DNA of 64,000 bases from Eledone cirrhosa (GCA_964016885.1 OZ024755.1:41974001-42038000); one strand, 5' to 3'; shown: positions 12,918-24,735, counted from the stretch's first letter. Notes: generated by a model from the sequence alone, not told the origin. Numbers and translations: made by a program.

Positions 12918-15900
12918 TTACAGACACATACTCAGAGTAGGCCCATTCACACGGGCCATACTTGCTTCTCTCACCCATCTTTCAACAAAATGCTGGGAAG
13001 AGAGCACTTCCCTCTCTACCCTGATTTTCCTTTTCAAATGAAATTTGAAAAAGTTAATCAGGGCATCACTGAAGAGGTAAGTGCTCGTCTTCAGCCCTTT
13101 CAAACGTGTCCACCATACTATCTCTTTCACCATGGCCACCAGACAGATAAACACTACCTGCCCTTCCCGGCTAAGGGAAGAGGGCGGGGCAATCATCACG
13201 ATGGACTCAACTGATAGCTGGATCCGTCCTACACGTGACAGCAGGTGTTCGACATAAACCCACAAGTCAGCAATGCTCGGACACAGGACGAGTGCGTACA
13301 GGACGGTTTCGTCGTCCTGCGCGCATCTCGGACATGCCCGGCTGACGGCACCTCCATGCCTGTAGAGTTTATCCCGAACTGGCAAAGCTCCTCGGTAGCA
13401 CTGCCAGGCCAGGGATTTCTGGAAGTTGTCCATAGGCCCCGGCCCGAAAGTCCTTCCGTAGAGATTGGTTACTTGATTTTCGTCGACGCCTAGAGTTTCT
13501 CCAAGTACGTCGTCGCTCTTCCCCTCGACTAATCCCCTATAGAACGCCAAGGTGGAGTTTCCACCGATCACATTGCCCGATTGGTCGAGGGCTGTGAGCG
13601 CCTGAAGACATTCCAGTCTCCAAGCGCTCCATCTCGGTTTTTTCTTGACCCAGGACTGCAGCTCCGTCAAGGAGACGAGCTGGGGAAAGACGTGTCTAGC
13701 AAACGGCTACCACACCTGATCACCGACGAGGAAGAGGTGGAGATGTCGTAGCCTGAGCGCGTGTCTGCGCATCATCAGTCACGGCATGCCCAGCCCTCCA
13801 CGTAACGGGTGTTGACAGCAGATGGACCGCCTGACCATCGGAGCGCGTCCCTTCCACAAAAAGCGAAAGAGCAAACGCTCCAGCGCAGTCAGGCGGGGCT
13901 TAGGACAAGGTACGACGGTCAGGCGGTAGTAGATGACGGACGCGATGTACGCGTTAGCTACCTCCGCTCGAACTTTCAGCATCCTCTCCGCCCATTTCTG
14001 GGTGAGAGAAGCCACCCTGTTCGTCACCTCGTCCCAGTTTTTGTCCGTCTGGAGGTCCGGACCGAACCAGACCCCTAGCAATTTAACCGGTCCTTCCGTC
14101 CAGCGCCCGACGACGCTGTTGGACGGCATGGACCTGCCTCTCCAGGTGCCGAGCTGCAGGCCCACTGACTTTTCCTGGTTGATCATTGCTCCTGTCACCG
14201 CTTCGTATTCTCTTAGTGTAGTATCGATCGCCTCGATGTGTTTGGCGTTCGACACCACTACGGTGACATCGTCCGCATATGCTGACACGGATCTTCCGCA
14301 TCCTAGTTCGCGCGGGACGCCCCTCAACGTCTCCAGTTTGTGCAGTAATGGCTCGAGAGTCAATACGTACAAGAGGGACGAGAGGGGACATCCTTGGCGG
14401 ACCGAGCGCATGATGTTGAACGGTTCCGAAAGGTGACCGTTCACTCTCACCACAGAGCAGATGTCGCTGTGCATGGCAGCGATCCAGCCTCTGACGGGCC
14501 CAAAGCCAGCCGCCCTCAGGACTGCCGCTAGGTAACGATGGTCGACCCTATCGAATGCTTTCGACTGATCTAAATTGATGAAGGACCCACCCGTACCAGG
14601 TTCCCTAGCTACCCTCTCTACGATGTATCGCATGAGGTGGAGGTTGTCGTGGATGGATCTGTCGGGAATGGCGCATGTCTGCGCCTCTCCCACCAGACCA
14701 CCAACGACAAGGGCCAACCTCTTTGCTAGCACCTTGGCCAAAATCTTGAACTCTGTGTTTAGCAGAGTTATGGGCCTGAAATTATCTATATTATCCCCCT
14801 TGTTCGGATCCTTTCTCAGCAGCGCCGCAGCTCCTCGACTCACAGAGCTGGGAATTCTCCCGTTCTGTTGCCAGTTGAAGTAGACGTCCGCCAAGAGGCC
14901 TCCGAACAAGTCTGGCTTCTGTACGTAAAGTTCATAGGGCAGACCATCCAAACTAGGCGATTTACCCCTTGTGCAGCCAGTCATTGCCTCCCGTACTTCA
15001 GCGGCTGTTATCGGCTTTTCGCAACACTCCGCCTCAGTGGCCGAGAGCCGCGGCAGTCCGTCGAGGTAGACACTAAAATCCATCCCTCGATCCGGCCCGC
15101 CGCTGCCCCCGAGCAGCCATGCGAAGTGTCGCTGAAAAGCTTCACACATTTGCCCGGGATCGAGTAGCATGCGCCCGTCGTGGTCCACCAAAGACCGTAT
15201 CGTGGCTTTGTTGTCACGACGCGTTTCCGCCACTCGGACCCATTGAACGGCTTTCGTCCTTTCGTGTCTGAGAGCACGCACCCTAGCTCTGAGAACGCAG
15301 CCTTCGTGCTTTGCATTGGAGAATTGGTCAAGGGCCAATTTCGCCGCAAGTACGTCGGTCGCGATGCCTTTGTTAAGCCGCTCGTCTAATTTTCTAACTA
15401 ATTCTCCCTCTGCTCTATTTTTCTCTATTGCGAAAGCCTTACTAAACCTAATGGACTCTATTCTAATTGCTCTTTTCAGAGCAAACCACCACTTGTTGTT
15501 GACGATGGCCCCCGTCAACACCCGCTTACTAGTTCGCTAATCCGGTCTCTGTAGGCCTTGCGCGCTGGTAAGGACGCGTTTAGCTTCCAGTAGCCGGGTC
15601 CTCGTCTATGAAACCTATCTAAGTCAAGCACACAGATCACGAATTTGTGGTCCGTGTAGCTGACTATCTTGAATTGTGGACAGCCTATGCTTGATCTATC
15701 TATTTCCCTACAAAATACTCTATCTAGATATGATCTGGATGACCCTATACGATTTGTCCAAGTCCACATTGGCACATTCGGGAAATCCAATCGGTACCTG
15801 TCAAACAGTTCAAGACGCCTGAGCAGGTTGGTGAGACTCTTGCACCCTCCTTCCCTATCCACTAATCCCACACAGTCCCAGCGTGCATCTAAGATCCCGT

Positions 15901-16326
15901 TCCAGTCGCCCACTAACACTAAAGAGCGGGACGTTCCAAGAAAGGTCTCCAGACGCCGGAAGAAATCAGGCCCCCTGCTCCTGTCGGGGCATAGACGGCC
16001 ACTAGCCTGAAAGCTTGCCTGTCTCCGCTGGTCACGTCCAGCACCACCAACTTACCTTCTGGGTCCAGGAAGATGGCCCGTATGGCAAGATCCAAACATC
16101 TCCGAAAAAGCACAGCAACTCCTCTCCCCGATCCCGGACGGCTGGGAGATGCGTACACATCGTAGCCGCCGAAGATCGGTGCGAAGGCCCGTGCTTCGGA
16201 GATTCTGGTCTCGCTGATGGCCACTACATCTATGTTTAGTGACTTAAGGTCGTTGAGTAGGTGGCCCTGCTTCCATGACGACCCCAAGCCACGCGCATTT
16301 ATGCTGCCTATTCTGAGTGAGGTCAT
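12918..16326 (-). pseudogene. Tx1 ORF2: APE endonuclease, RT and C-terminal Cys/His domain, in 4 frameshifted pieces
   Basis: SINARGL, AISET, VYAP, GDWN, SYLDR, TDH (APE); FRPITLLN, LDQSKAFD, VRQGCPLS, YADD (RT); CPRCAQDDETV (zinc finger). Confidence 0.92.
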
Positions 16327-16360
16327 GTTGAAATGGAGTGGAAAAGATGGGAAAGACCAC

Positions 16361-18507
16361 TTACCTTACTTGTCGTAGTGGAAGGACGGTTTCTCCATCC
16401 TTTTCACTGCTTGTGGCCTCCTCAGGGAGGATGTCCTTATAAATCCTCCTGGAGAGTGCTTGTCGGAAGTCTCCGATGTCTTTGGGGAATTTTTGTTTTA
16501 GTGTCATGTACGTTTTCTGTGTGATGCGAGTGATTTGTATGTGTGGAGGTGGTGTGAATTTTTGGGTTGTTGTGTAGTCATTTTCTTTGATGCTGGTGTT
16601 GTGTTGGATGTAGTGTAATAATCGGTTGTTGTTCAAATTTAATTGTTTCTACTTTAGGCACAAGGCCAGCAATTACCCAGTACATTACTGGTACTTTATT
16701 TTATCGACCCCGTAAGGATGAAAGGAAAAGTCAACCTCGGCGGGATTTGAACTCAGACCGTAAAGGGACGTAACTATGCTGGAAAGTATGGCGTTCGATC
16801 CTCTACCGATACTGCCAATTCACCGCCTTGTTGTTCAAATTTAATGCTGTGTAGTGTGTATCGTTTTGGTTGTTTTGTTTTGTTTGCGTTTGTTGTGGGT
16901 TTGTTTCTGTTTCGCATTTTGGTGACTTTTGTGGTGTAGGTGATGGTGGTGTTGGGGTTAATGATGGTGATGGTGTTGGTGTTTGGGGTGATGGGGTTGG
17001 TGATTCTGGTGTGGATGGTGGCATGTCTGTCCTAACTTTTTTGTTTGATAGTTTATTTGTTTCCCTCTGTATTTTGTTTTTGGAGGGGGAAGGAAGAGAA
17101 TTTTTTTCTTTTTATGTTTCTTTTTTTCTTTTTTCCTGATACCGTTTCCCACTCCTCGTAGTCACAATCTGTCTCCAGTTGTGATAGGCCGGGGAGTGGA
17201 AAATCCTCCACTGGCGTTAGTTTTGGTTGTGGCGTGGTGGATGGTGTAGGCGTTGGTGCTAGTTCTGGCGCGTTGGGTGGTGGTGGTGTTGGTTTTACTA
17301 CTGTTCCTGGGGCTGTTGCTGTTATAGTTGTTTCTGTTGTTGCTGCTACAGTTGTTGCTGCCATCTCTGCTGCTGGTGGTGTTGATGGTTGAGTTACTGG
17401 GGTGGGTAGGAGAGGTGGCCTCAACCTTTTAGCCTGAGGGAAGAAAGCCCTTAGGTGGGTTCCTTCACCAAAAACGACACACCTAGGCCTTCTGCCCTCG
17501 ACAATTACGGTGAGGTGGCTGCCGTCAGTGAGGTCTATTACCCCTGGGATCTCCTCAATGCTTTTTTGGTCCGCTTGGATCAGGAGCTCCATCCCAGATC
17601 CGGACCAGTTCTCCTGCTTTTCTTTCGCTATTGCTATTATCTTGGTGTTGGCTTCGATGCCGGCGGGGACGGCAGCTATTAGCCAGGGAATTTGGATGGC
17701 CGGTGGAACGTGGGTCACCCTAATCTTTACGGGTCTCTGGCCACAATAGCTTGGGACGAGTGTGAAGTCGTCACTTCTTAATGGGGCCATAGAGTGTTCT
17801 CTAGCCTCCTCTGGTGTTTCAAAGAACACGTCCACGGTTCCATACTTCTGCCCACGTCTGATGTGGGTTTTTCTTGCCCACACATGTCCCAAAGCTTTTT
17901 GGATTTGGGACTCGGATGCCCGTTCCACTCGGCGCGATTTTACATTAATTGTTCGATAAGACACGGTGCATAGGCGCCGATGCTCCATTTTATTAGGTGT
18001 GGGGGAGGGGGGCTTACCCTGTACCCATCTTTCTTTACCATTTTTTGGCATCTTCTAATTCCTCCTGAGTTACCTGAAATGCTTCGCACTGTTTTGCTAC
18101 TTTGGCAAAACTCATGGTGGTTTTCTTAAAGTCATTGTTGCTGTTGTTGTTATCGTTATTTTTGTTATTATTAATTTTAGTTTCAGTTGTGGTGGTGGTG
18201 GGGTCAGTGGTGTTCGGTGTGGAAGTGTTCATTTTGGTTGAATTCATTTCGACATCACGAGTTAATTTATTTTTTTCTTTTGTTTCTGTTGTCGCGGTGG
18301 TGGTGGTGGGGGGGAGGCGGCTTTAACACTTGCAGTCATTGGTAATGGCGGGAAATGAATATCTGCCTGAGACAAATTTAAAATATTGCTACTGCTTAAA
18401 TTTTTAGTGTTGGCAAACGTAGTAATATTTACAATGGTGGTGTCGGTGTGAGGCGTTAGTTTGTGAGGAAGGCTCTCAGCTGTTTGGTGCAGAGGTGAAT
18501 CAGCCAT
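16361..18507 (-). pseudogene. Tx1 ORF1 (gag-like) remnant, frameshifted and SINE-interrupted; start uncertain
   Basis: SFAKVAK motif, degenerate knuckle GRRPRCVVFGEGTHLRAFFP, Pro/Thr-rich tract, WETVSGKKKKR; stops 35 bp before the ORF2 ATG. Confidence 0.7.
16644..16827 (-). mobile_element. Complete SINE family A (short form, 184 bp) with 18-bp target-site duplication
   Basis: A box TGGCAGTATCGG and B box GTTCAAATCC; TSD TTGTTGTTCAAATTTAAT at 16626-16643 and 16828-16845. Confidence 0.95.
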
Positions 18508-18717
18508 GATTTTTTCAAAGAAATTTTTTGATAATCATAAAAGTTTAAATTTTGGGCACAAGGCCCCAATCTTTTTGGGTGTCCTTTTCGGAAAACAATG
18601 TATGTGCGCTTATATACAGTTAACAATGAAAATTTTCCATAAATGGCAATTTTTAACAAACGGAAACAACAAACCTTTGCGGAGCTCACGATGATACGAT
18701 TTACTACGTAGGTCGCC

Positions 18718-18753
18718 AATAATAATAACAATAATAATAATAATAATAATAAT
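18718..18753. repeat. (TAA)n tract between the two Tx1 elements
   Basis: Direct sequence. Confidence 0.9.
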
Positions 18754-21008
18754 GATTTCATTTATTAGCCACAAGGAGCGACATGTAGGGGACATGTAGG
18801 GGATAATACAAAGACAGGTTTACAATAAGGTCGAGTAAAAGTGCACAATGGCAAGACTAAATTAACAATGAAATATAAAAATATAAAATAAATTATGTAT
18901 AAATATAACAAAATAAATACACCCTATAGGGAGTGGACGACCAAGGCGTGACTCAGGTACCCCACTAATCCTGAACCACCCTGCGCTTCTAGGGCACCCA
19001 GGGAGAGCACCCCTCTCCTTAAGTTAGGTAGTCTATATGCGCATGGTCAGAGTAGGCCCATTCACACGGGCCATTCTCGCCACATTCATCCACCTTTTAG
19101 AAAATGTACTGGGGGGCAGCACTTCTCTCTCCACCCTCACCTTCCTTTCCAGGTGAAACTTGAAGAAGTTGATGAGGGATTGGCCGAAGATAAAAGTGTC
19201 TGTCTTCAGTCCTTTTAATCTGGTCCACCATATAACCTCTTTTGCAACTGCCACCAGACAGAGGAAAATTTCCTGCTCTTCCTGACCTAAGGAAGGCGGC
19301 GGGTCGATCTTCACTATGGACTCGGTCGATAGCCGGATCCGTTCGAAACGCGACAACAGCTGTTCGATATAACTCCACAAGTCAGTAATACACGGACATT
19401 GAACAAGTGCGTGCAGAACGGTTTCGTCACTCTGCGCGCATCTCGGGCAGGTCCGTCTGACAGCACTTCCGTGCCTGTAGAGTTTATCCCGAACCGGCAG
19501 TGCCCCTCCCCCCTCCAGTAGCACTGCTAAGCGAGGGATCTCTTGAAATTGTCCATCGTCCCCGGCTCGAAAGTCCTCAGGTACAGACTGGTCAATTCGA
19601 CTTCGTCGAGGCCCAAAGCGTCTCTGAGTGCGTCATTGCACTTGCCCACCACTAATCCTCTATAGAACTCGAGAGTGGAAGTTCCACTGATCGCATTGTC
19701 CGCTTGGTGGAGGGCAGTGAGTGCCTGGCAACATTCCAGGTGCCAGTCATCCAGTCTCGGTCTCTTATTGACCCAAGACTGCAGCTCAGTCAAAGAAACG
19801 AGCTGCAGAAAGGGCCGTCTGATAAACGGCGACCACACCTGTTCACCGTTTAGGCAGAATATCTGGAGATGTCGCAGCCTCAGCGCATGTCTGCGCATCA
19901 TTAACCACAGCATGCACAGCCCTCCGTGTAGAGGGTGCTGCCAGCATATAGACCGCCTCACCAACGGAACTTGTCATTTCCACAAGAATTTGAAGAGGAG
20001 CCGTTCTAACTTGACGAGGCGCGGACGGGGGCAAGGCACGACGGTCAGGCGGTAGTAGATGACGGACGCGATGTACGGATTCGCCACCTCCGCGCGACCT
20101 TTCAGTGATAGCTTCCTCCAAGCCCATTTTTGGGTGAGACTGGCTACTTTGCTCGTTACCTCGTCCCAATTCTTTTCCATCTGGAGGTCTGGTCCGAACC
20201 AAACCCCGAGCAACTTTACCGGTCCGTCCGTCCAGCGCGTCACGATGCTGTTGGACGGCATAGGCTTGCCTCTCCAGGTTCCGAGCTGCAAGTCCACCGA
20301 CTTTTCCGGGTTAAGTTTGGCTCCTGTCAACCTTTCATATTTCTTCAATTAGGTGCCGACCACCTCGATTTCTGAGGTGTCCGACACCATCACGGTGATG
20401 TCGTCCGCATAAGCCGACACCGCCTTTCCACGTCCCGGTTCGAGTGGGATGCCCTGCAACAGCTCCAGCTTCCGCTCGAGAGTCAACACGTACAGAAGGG
20501 AAGAGAGAGGGCAACCTTGACGGACCGATCGGGAGAGCCGAAATAGTTCCGAGAGGTGGCCATTAATCTTGTCCACCGAGCGTGTGCCGCTGTGCATTGC
20601 AGCGATCCAGCTTCTGAAGTCAGGGCCGAAGCCAGCTGCTTTGAGGACAAACTCCAGATACCGATGGTCGACCCTATCGAATGCTTTCGATTGATCTAAA
20701 CTGATCAGTGCGCCACCGAAGCCAGGTTTACACCCTACCCTCTCTATTATGTATCGCATGAGGTGGAGATTGTCGTGTATGGACCTGGCTGGGATTGCAC
20801 AAGTTTGCGCATCCCCAACCAAATCCTCGACGACAAGCGCCAATCTCTTTGCTAACACCTTGGCCAAAATCTTAAACTCTGCGTTGAGCAGAGTTATGGG
20901 CCTGAAGTTGTCTAATGTATCTCTCTTGTTCTCGTCTTTCCTTATCAGCGTTATCACTCCCTTGCTCACAGAACTGGGAATACTCCCATTCTGCTGCCAG
21001 TTGCAGTA
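18754..21008 (-). mobile_element. 5'-truncated L1/Tx1 LINE, second subfamily (RT to 3' end), frameshifted
   Basis: FRPITLLN, LDQSKAFD, QGCPLS, YADD, CPRCAQSDETVLH; paralogous to 12918-14880 with a different 3' UTR; AATAAA + (ATT)n tail. Confidence 0.9.
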
Positions 21009-21039
21009 GAGTGCTTCGAGATAATAATAATAAAAAAAA

Positions 21040-21460
21040 AAAAGAATTTGACAAGCTACGAAAATATAAAGAACTGCTTATTGAAATTGAGAAAATGTGG
21101 CACCTCAAGGCCGTTACAATACCAGTGATTGTGGGAGGACTGGGAATGATCAAGAAAGGAACAGAACAATATTTGCGAATGATTCCTGGTTTACCCTCTC
21201 TGCAAGAGGTGCAAAAAATTGTTTTGACGGGTACTGCACACGTATTGAGAAGAGCCCTATCTCTGTAAGATTGATACCCCTCCTTGTATTTACATATCCA
21301 TATGCACATGTGTATATATGTATACTGTTTTTTTAAAAGTATGATCAATGTGCTGTATTAACTGGCTTACCAATACACACTGAATTTATTTGCCCTAGGT
21401 GTCAGGAAGACACTCGGCATATATCTCAGAAACAATAATGAAAGAAAATAAAAATAACAA
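21040..21460 (+). mobile_element. RLE LINE (second R4/Dong-like family) 3' fragment with 3' UTR
   Basis: KLRKYKELLIEIEKMWHLKAVTIPVIVGGLG...GTAHVLRRAL; between TAA-rich tracts. Confidence 0.8.
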
Positions 21461-21478
21461 AAGTAACAATAATAATAA

Positions 21479-21660
21479 TTGTTTCTACTTTTGGCACAAG
21501 GCCAGCAAATTACCCAGTGCATTACTGGTACTTTATTTTATCGACCCCGTAAGGATGAAAGGCAAAGTTAACCTCGGCGGGATTTGAACTCAGAATGGCA
21601 AGGGCCGTAACACTATGCGTCAAAGCATGGCGTCCGACCCTTTACCGATACTGCCAATCC
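21479..21660 (-). mobile_element. SINE family A, short form
   Basis: Close match to 16644-16827. Confidence 0.9.
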
Positions 21661-21762
21661 AAACATTTGGTATTTTGTCCTTTCCTGGGGATTTCCATTT
21701 GCTGGTTTTTCTAAGAGCCAAACGCAACTGTTCAACTGTTATATTTTCCCATATTTGTTCCA
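21661..21762 (-). mobile_element. Small RLE LINE RT N-terminal fragment
   Basis: ITVEQLRLALRKTSKWKSPGKDKIPNVW resembles the conserved WKxPGxD motif. Confidence 0.6.
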
Positions 21763-21771
21763 TAATAATAA

Positions 21772-21950
21772 TTGTTTCTACTTTTGGCACAAGGCCAGCA
21801 ATTATCCAGTACATTACTGGTACTTTATTTTATCGACCGCGTAAGGATGAAAGGCAAAGTTAACCTTGGCGGGATTTGAGCTCAGACCGTAAAGGGACGT
21901 AACTATGCTTGAAAGCATGGCGTCCAACCTTCTACCGATACTGCCAATTC
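21772..21950 (-). mobile_element. SINE family A, short form
   Basis: Close match to 16644-16827; flanked by (AAT)n. Confidence 0.9.
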
Positions 21951-21959
21951 AATAATAAT

Positions 21960-23115
21960 AATAGTAAAACTGATGGATAATTATTGTTATGGATTCTGAA
22001 CTTAGTGGTAGATGAAATGAACAATGTTAGTGGAAAACCTATGAACCTAAGATTTGTAGACAGGAAAAAGTTAAGAGAAACGACACCTAAGATAAACAGG
22101 GTCATCCGTTGAGGCGAAGAATCTTCACCAATGCAACAATATCCTCAAAACAACCGCAAATGTCGTGAAAAAATTACTTGGGATAAAAACGAGAGGAAAC
22201 AACAAACAAGAAAGATCCGAGCCTTGGTGGAAGAAATGACTGAATGGTGAAATCAAGGAAATGAGAAAAGACATCGGAAAGTTGGAGTCTTTACTAAATG
22301 GGATATTACAAAACACAGGCAATTAAGATAGATTGAAAATAAAATACAAAACTAGGGGAAAAGAGCTAAATGGTATCATAGAGGAACTGAAGCAACGCAT
22401 AGTAGCAAAAAGTGCACAGATTAGGCGGTATGAGAACAGAGTTAGTCAGTATAGACAGAACCGCATATTTGACAACAACCAGAAGATGTTTGGACAGCTT
22501 GAAGAGAAAGAAAGAGGTAACGACACGATCCCTGAGGTTGAACAGATAAATGCATTTTGGAGAGGAATATGGAAGCAGGATGTGTGGATTAAGACAGTTA
22601 AAAAGGAGGTTAGTGAACAAGCACCCCAACCTGATTTGAGTATCACGATTGAAACTCTTAAAAAGCAGGCCAAAGACTAACCAACTTGAAGTCACAAGGC
22701 CCAGATTGTGTGCAAGGATATTGAATAAAAAAAATATAACGTCTGACAGCCATGTTCAATGACTGCTTGGTGTCAGTTGAAATACCAGAGTGGTTGACAA
22801 ATGGTACAACAGTTCTGGTAATGAAAGATCGAATCAAAGGTAATGAAGTTACCAACTATAGGCCTATCATATGTCTGACTGTAATGTGGAAACTGCTAAC
22901 AATCGGGTACTATCAGGTGCTATCTCGAGAATTGTTCAAGGATGGTTAAATAACATTAATCCAGCCTCCTTTTTTTTAGGAACACTTTAAAAGGCATGCT
23001 TGTTGGGAACAGCAAGAACCCTCCGATACGTCCTGAATACCTGAGGCTGCAGGTATTCATTTGAACAAACTTTCCAGTTAAATAACATCAATGACTGAGT
23101 CTCCAGAAAGATAAT
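21960..23115 (+). mobile_element. Internally deleted R4/Dong-like LINE: pre-RT region fused to the 3' end
   Basis: IIEELKQR..RRY..QYRQN, IPEWLTNGTT..NYRPIICL..MWKLLT, then a jump near 22905 to sequence matching 10990-11197. Confidence 0.8.
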
Positions 23116-23116
23116 A

Positions 23117-23651
23117 AGATCAAAGATTACTGACACGGGATTACCAGGCCAACGTGATGAGAAATGAAGTAAATCCAAAGTGCCGATTCTGCATTGATGA
23201 GGTTGAAACAGTGGACCACCTAGTATCTGAATGTAAAGTTTTAGCCCCAGTAGAGTACAAATATAGACATGACAGAGTTGGCCAATATCTACACTGCGTA
23301 ATATGTCGGTATTATAAAATCAAAGCTGCTGACAAATGGTATAATCATCACCCTGAGGCTATAACTGAAGGAAAAAAAGTAAAAATACTTTGCGACTTCC
23401 CTGTACATACTGACAGGACCATAAAAGCTAAAAGACCTGACATCATTGTAAAAGCCCAACATAGCATGGTCTGTTTATTGATTGATATGAGCATCCCATG
23501 TGATCACAATATAAAGATTTGCTTATTGAAATTGAAAAAATGTGGCATCTCAAGACCGTTACTATACCAATGATTGTGGGAGCACTGGAAATGATCAAGA
23601 AAGGAACAGAACAGTATTTGAGAATGATCCCTTGTTTACCCTCTCTTCAAG
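23117..23651 (+). mobile_element. RLE LINE (second family) CCHC + endonuclease fragment
   Basis: CRFC..ETVDHLVSEC, YRHD, KRPD, IDMSIP; the end matches 21070-21210; followed by (GAA)n(CAA)n. Confidence 0.85.
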
Positions 23652-23814
23652 AAGAAGAAGAAGAAGAACAACAACAACAACAACAACAACAAGAAGCGGT
23701 AACAGAGTGTCAATTTACAAAAAGATTGGATTAAACCTAACCCAAAACATTAACAATAAGTCCGGGTTCCAGTATCAACAAAACCAATGAAATATTAAAA
23801 GTAGAGAGTAAGAA

Positions 23815-23977
23815 ACTTACCCTGTTTGTAATGATGTTTACAATAGATGTTGGTTGTATTGTTGGAGGTAGTGAGAAGTGGTTTCATGGAAGACATCACT
23901 ACAGCTCGTCAGATTCACAGTTTCACAAGTTCACAACAGTTGTGTTCCTTGAACCATATTAGTTGGTCCTTTATATA
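23815..23977 (-). other. Candidate host first exon (TATA box, short UTR, ATG, splice donor)
   Basis: On -: TATATAAA at ~23970-23977, open frame MSSMKPLLTTSNNTTNIYCNIITNR, then consensus donor AGG|GTAAGT at 23821/23820. Confidence 0.25.
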
Positions 23978-24100
23978 TATATATCTTCACACAAGTCTCA
24001 AGTGGTTCCTCTATTTCTATTAATCTGTACTCGATCAATTTGGTCATCCTTATTTGTTACTTTCCCTACTTCCTAATTTTTTAAATATTTAATTGTTTTA

Positions 24101-24142
24101 CGGCGAGGAGATGTGGGGGGGGGGGGGCACATCTCCTCGCCG
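24101..24142. repeat. Perfect 15-bp GC-rich hairpin with a poly-G loop
   Basis: CGGCGAGGAGATGTG-(G)12-CACATCTCCTCGCCG. Confidence 0.9.
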
Positions 24143-24364
24143 CCGCCGCCATTAATATTTATTGATAGTTATCCTTTCATTCCTCAATGTCTTCCTTGCT
24201 GATTTCTACACGTTTTCATATGTTGTTTTGTTGTTGTTTTGTTGTCTTCAATCGTTATTTCCGCCGAAATAAAAATATTTCCTTCGTCTATTCCCATTCA
24301 TTCTCATATTGCATTCGCTTCTGAAACGATTAAAGCTTGAGAATCTTTCTTGTTTAAGGAAATG

Positions 24365-24400
24365 CTCCGCCCCATCCAATGAAAGGCGGGAGCTATTGGT
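24365..24400. promoter_or_regulatory. Cluster of GC boxes and CCAAT boxes (putative promoter)
   Basis: CCGCCC 24367, CCAAT 24376, GGCGGG 24385 and ATTGG 24395 within 35 bp of AT-rich DNA. Confidence 0.3.
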
Positions 24401-24564
24401 CACTTTCAGCTCCAAACCATTTAGATTCGCAAAGCAGAATATGCTACGTGCATCAGATAACGTAGCAAGACGCCCATTTATTTATTCAGACTGAAGTATT
24501 TCTATCTGGGATGAGCTGTACATACCTCCTCTGCTACATAGTTACTTGTGTGCGTGTGTATATA

Positions 24565-24722
24565 ATACTTGGGGAGGGTCATATTGTTGTAATGCTATTG
24601 CCAGAAATAATAATAGAACACACTCACTGTTTGGTTTGAGTTGGTTTTCGCTTCTGCATTTTTTATATCTCCATAGTTAATTTATTTGGCAATCAATGTT
24701 TATCATTGACTGACCATCGGTT
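24565..24722. repeat. Fragment of the PLE-terminus-like repeat also at 60631-61212
   Basis: Shares atacttgggagggtcatatt...gaacacactcactgtttgg...cattgactgacc. Confidence 0.7.
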
Positions 24723-24735
24723 AAAAATATATATA

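Larger units (their letters stand above)
12674..18717 (-). mobile_element. Near full-length L1/Tx1-clade LINE (5' UTR, ORF1, ORF2, 3' UTR), frameshifted, with a nested SINE
   Basis: ORF1 and APE-RT-zf ORF2 in the correct order on -; AATAAA just before an (ATT)n tail; (TAA)n tracts at both ends. Confidence 0.88.

Noticed and set aside
16644-16827. tRNA gene (A and B boxes)
   Set aside because: No cloverleaf; the boxes belong to the SINE head, present in many copies
13245-20375. Plus-strand ORFs overlapping the Tx1 elements
   Set aside because: Antisense shadows of GC-rich LINE coding sequence
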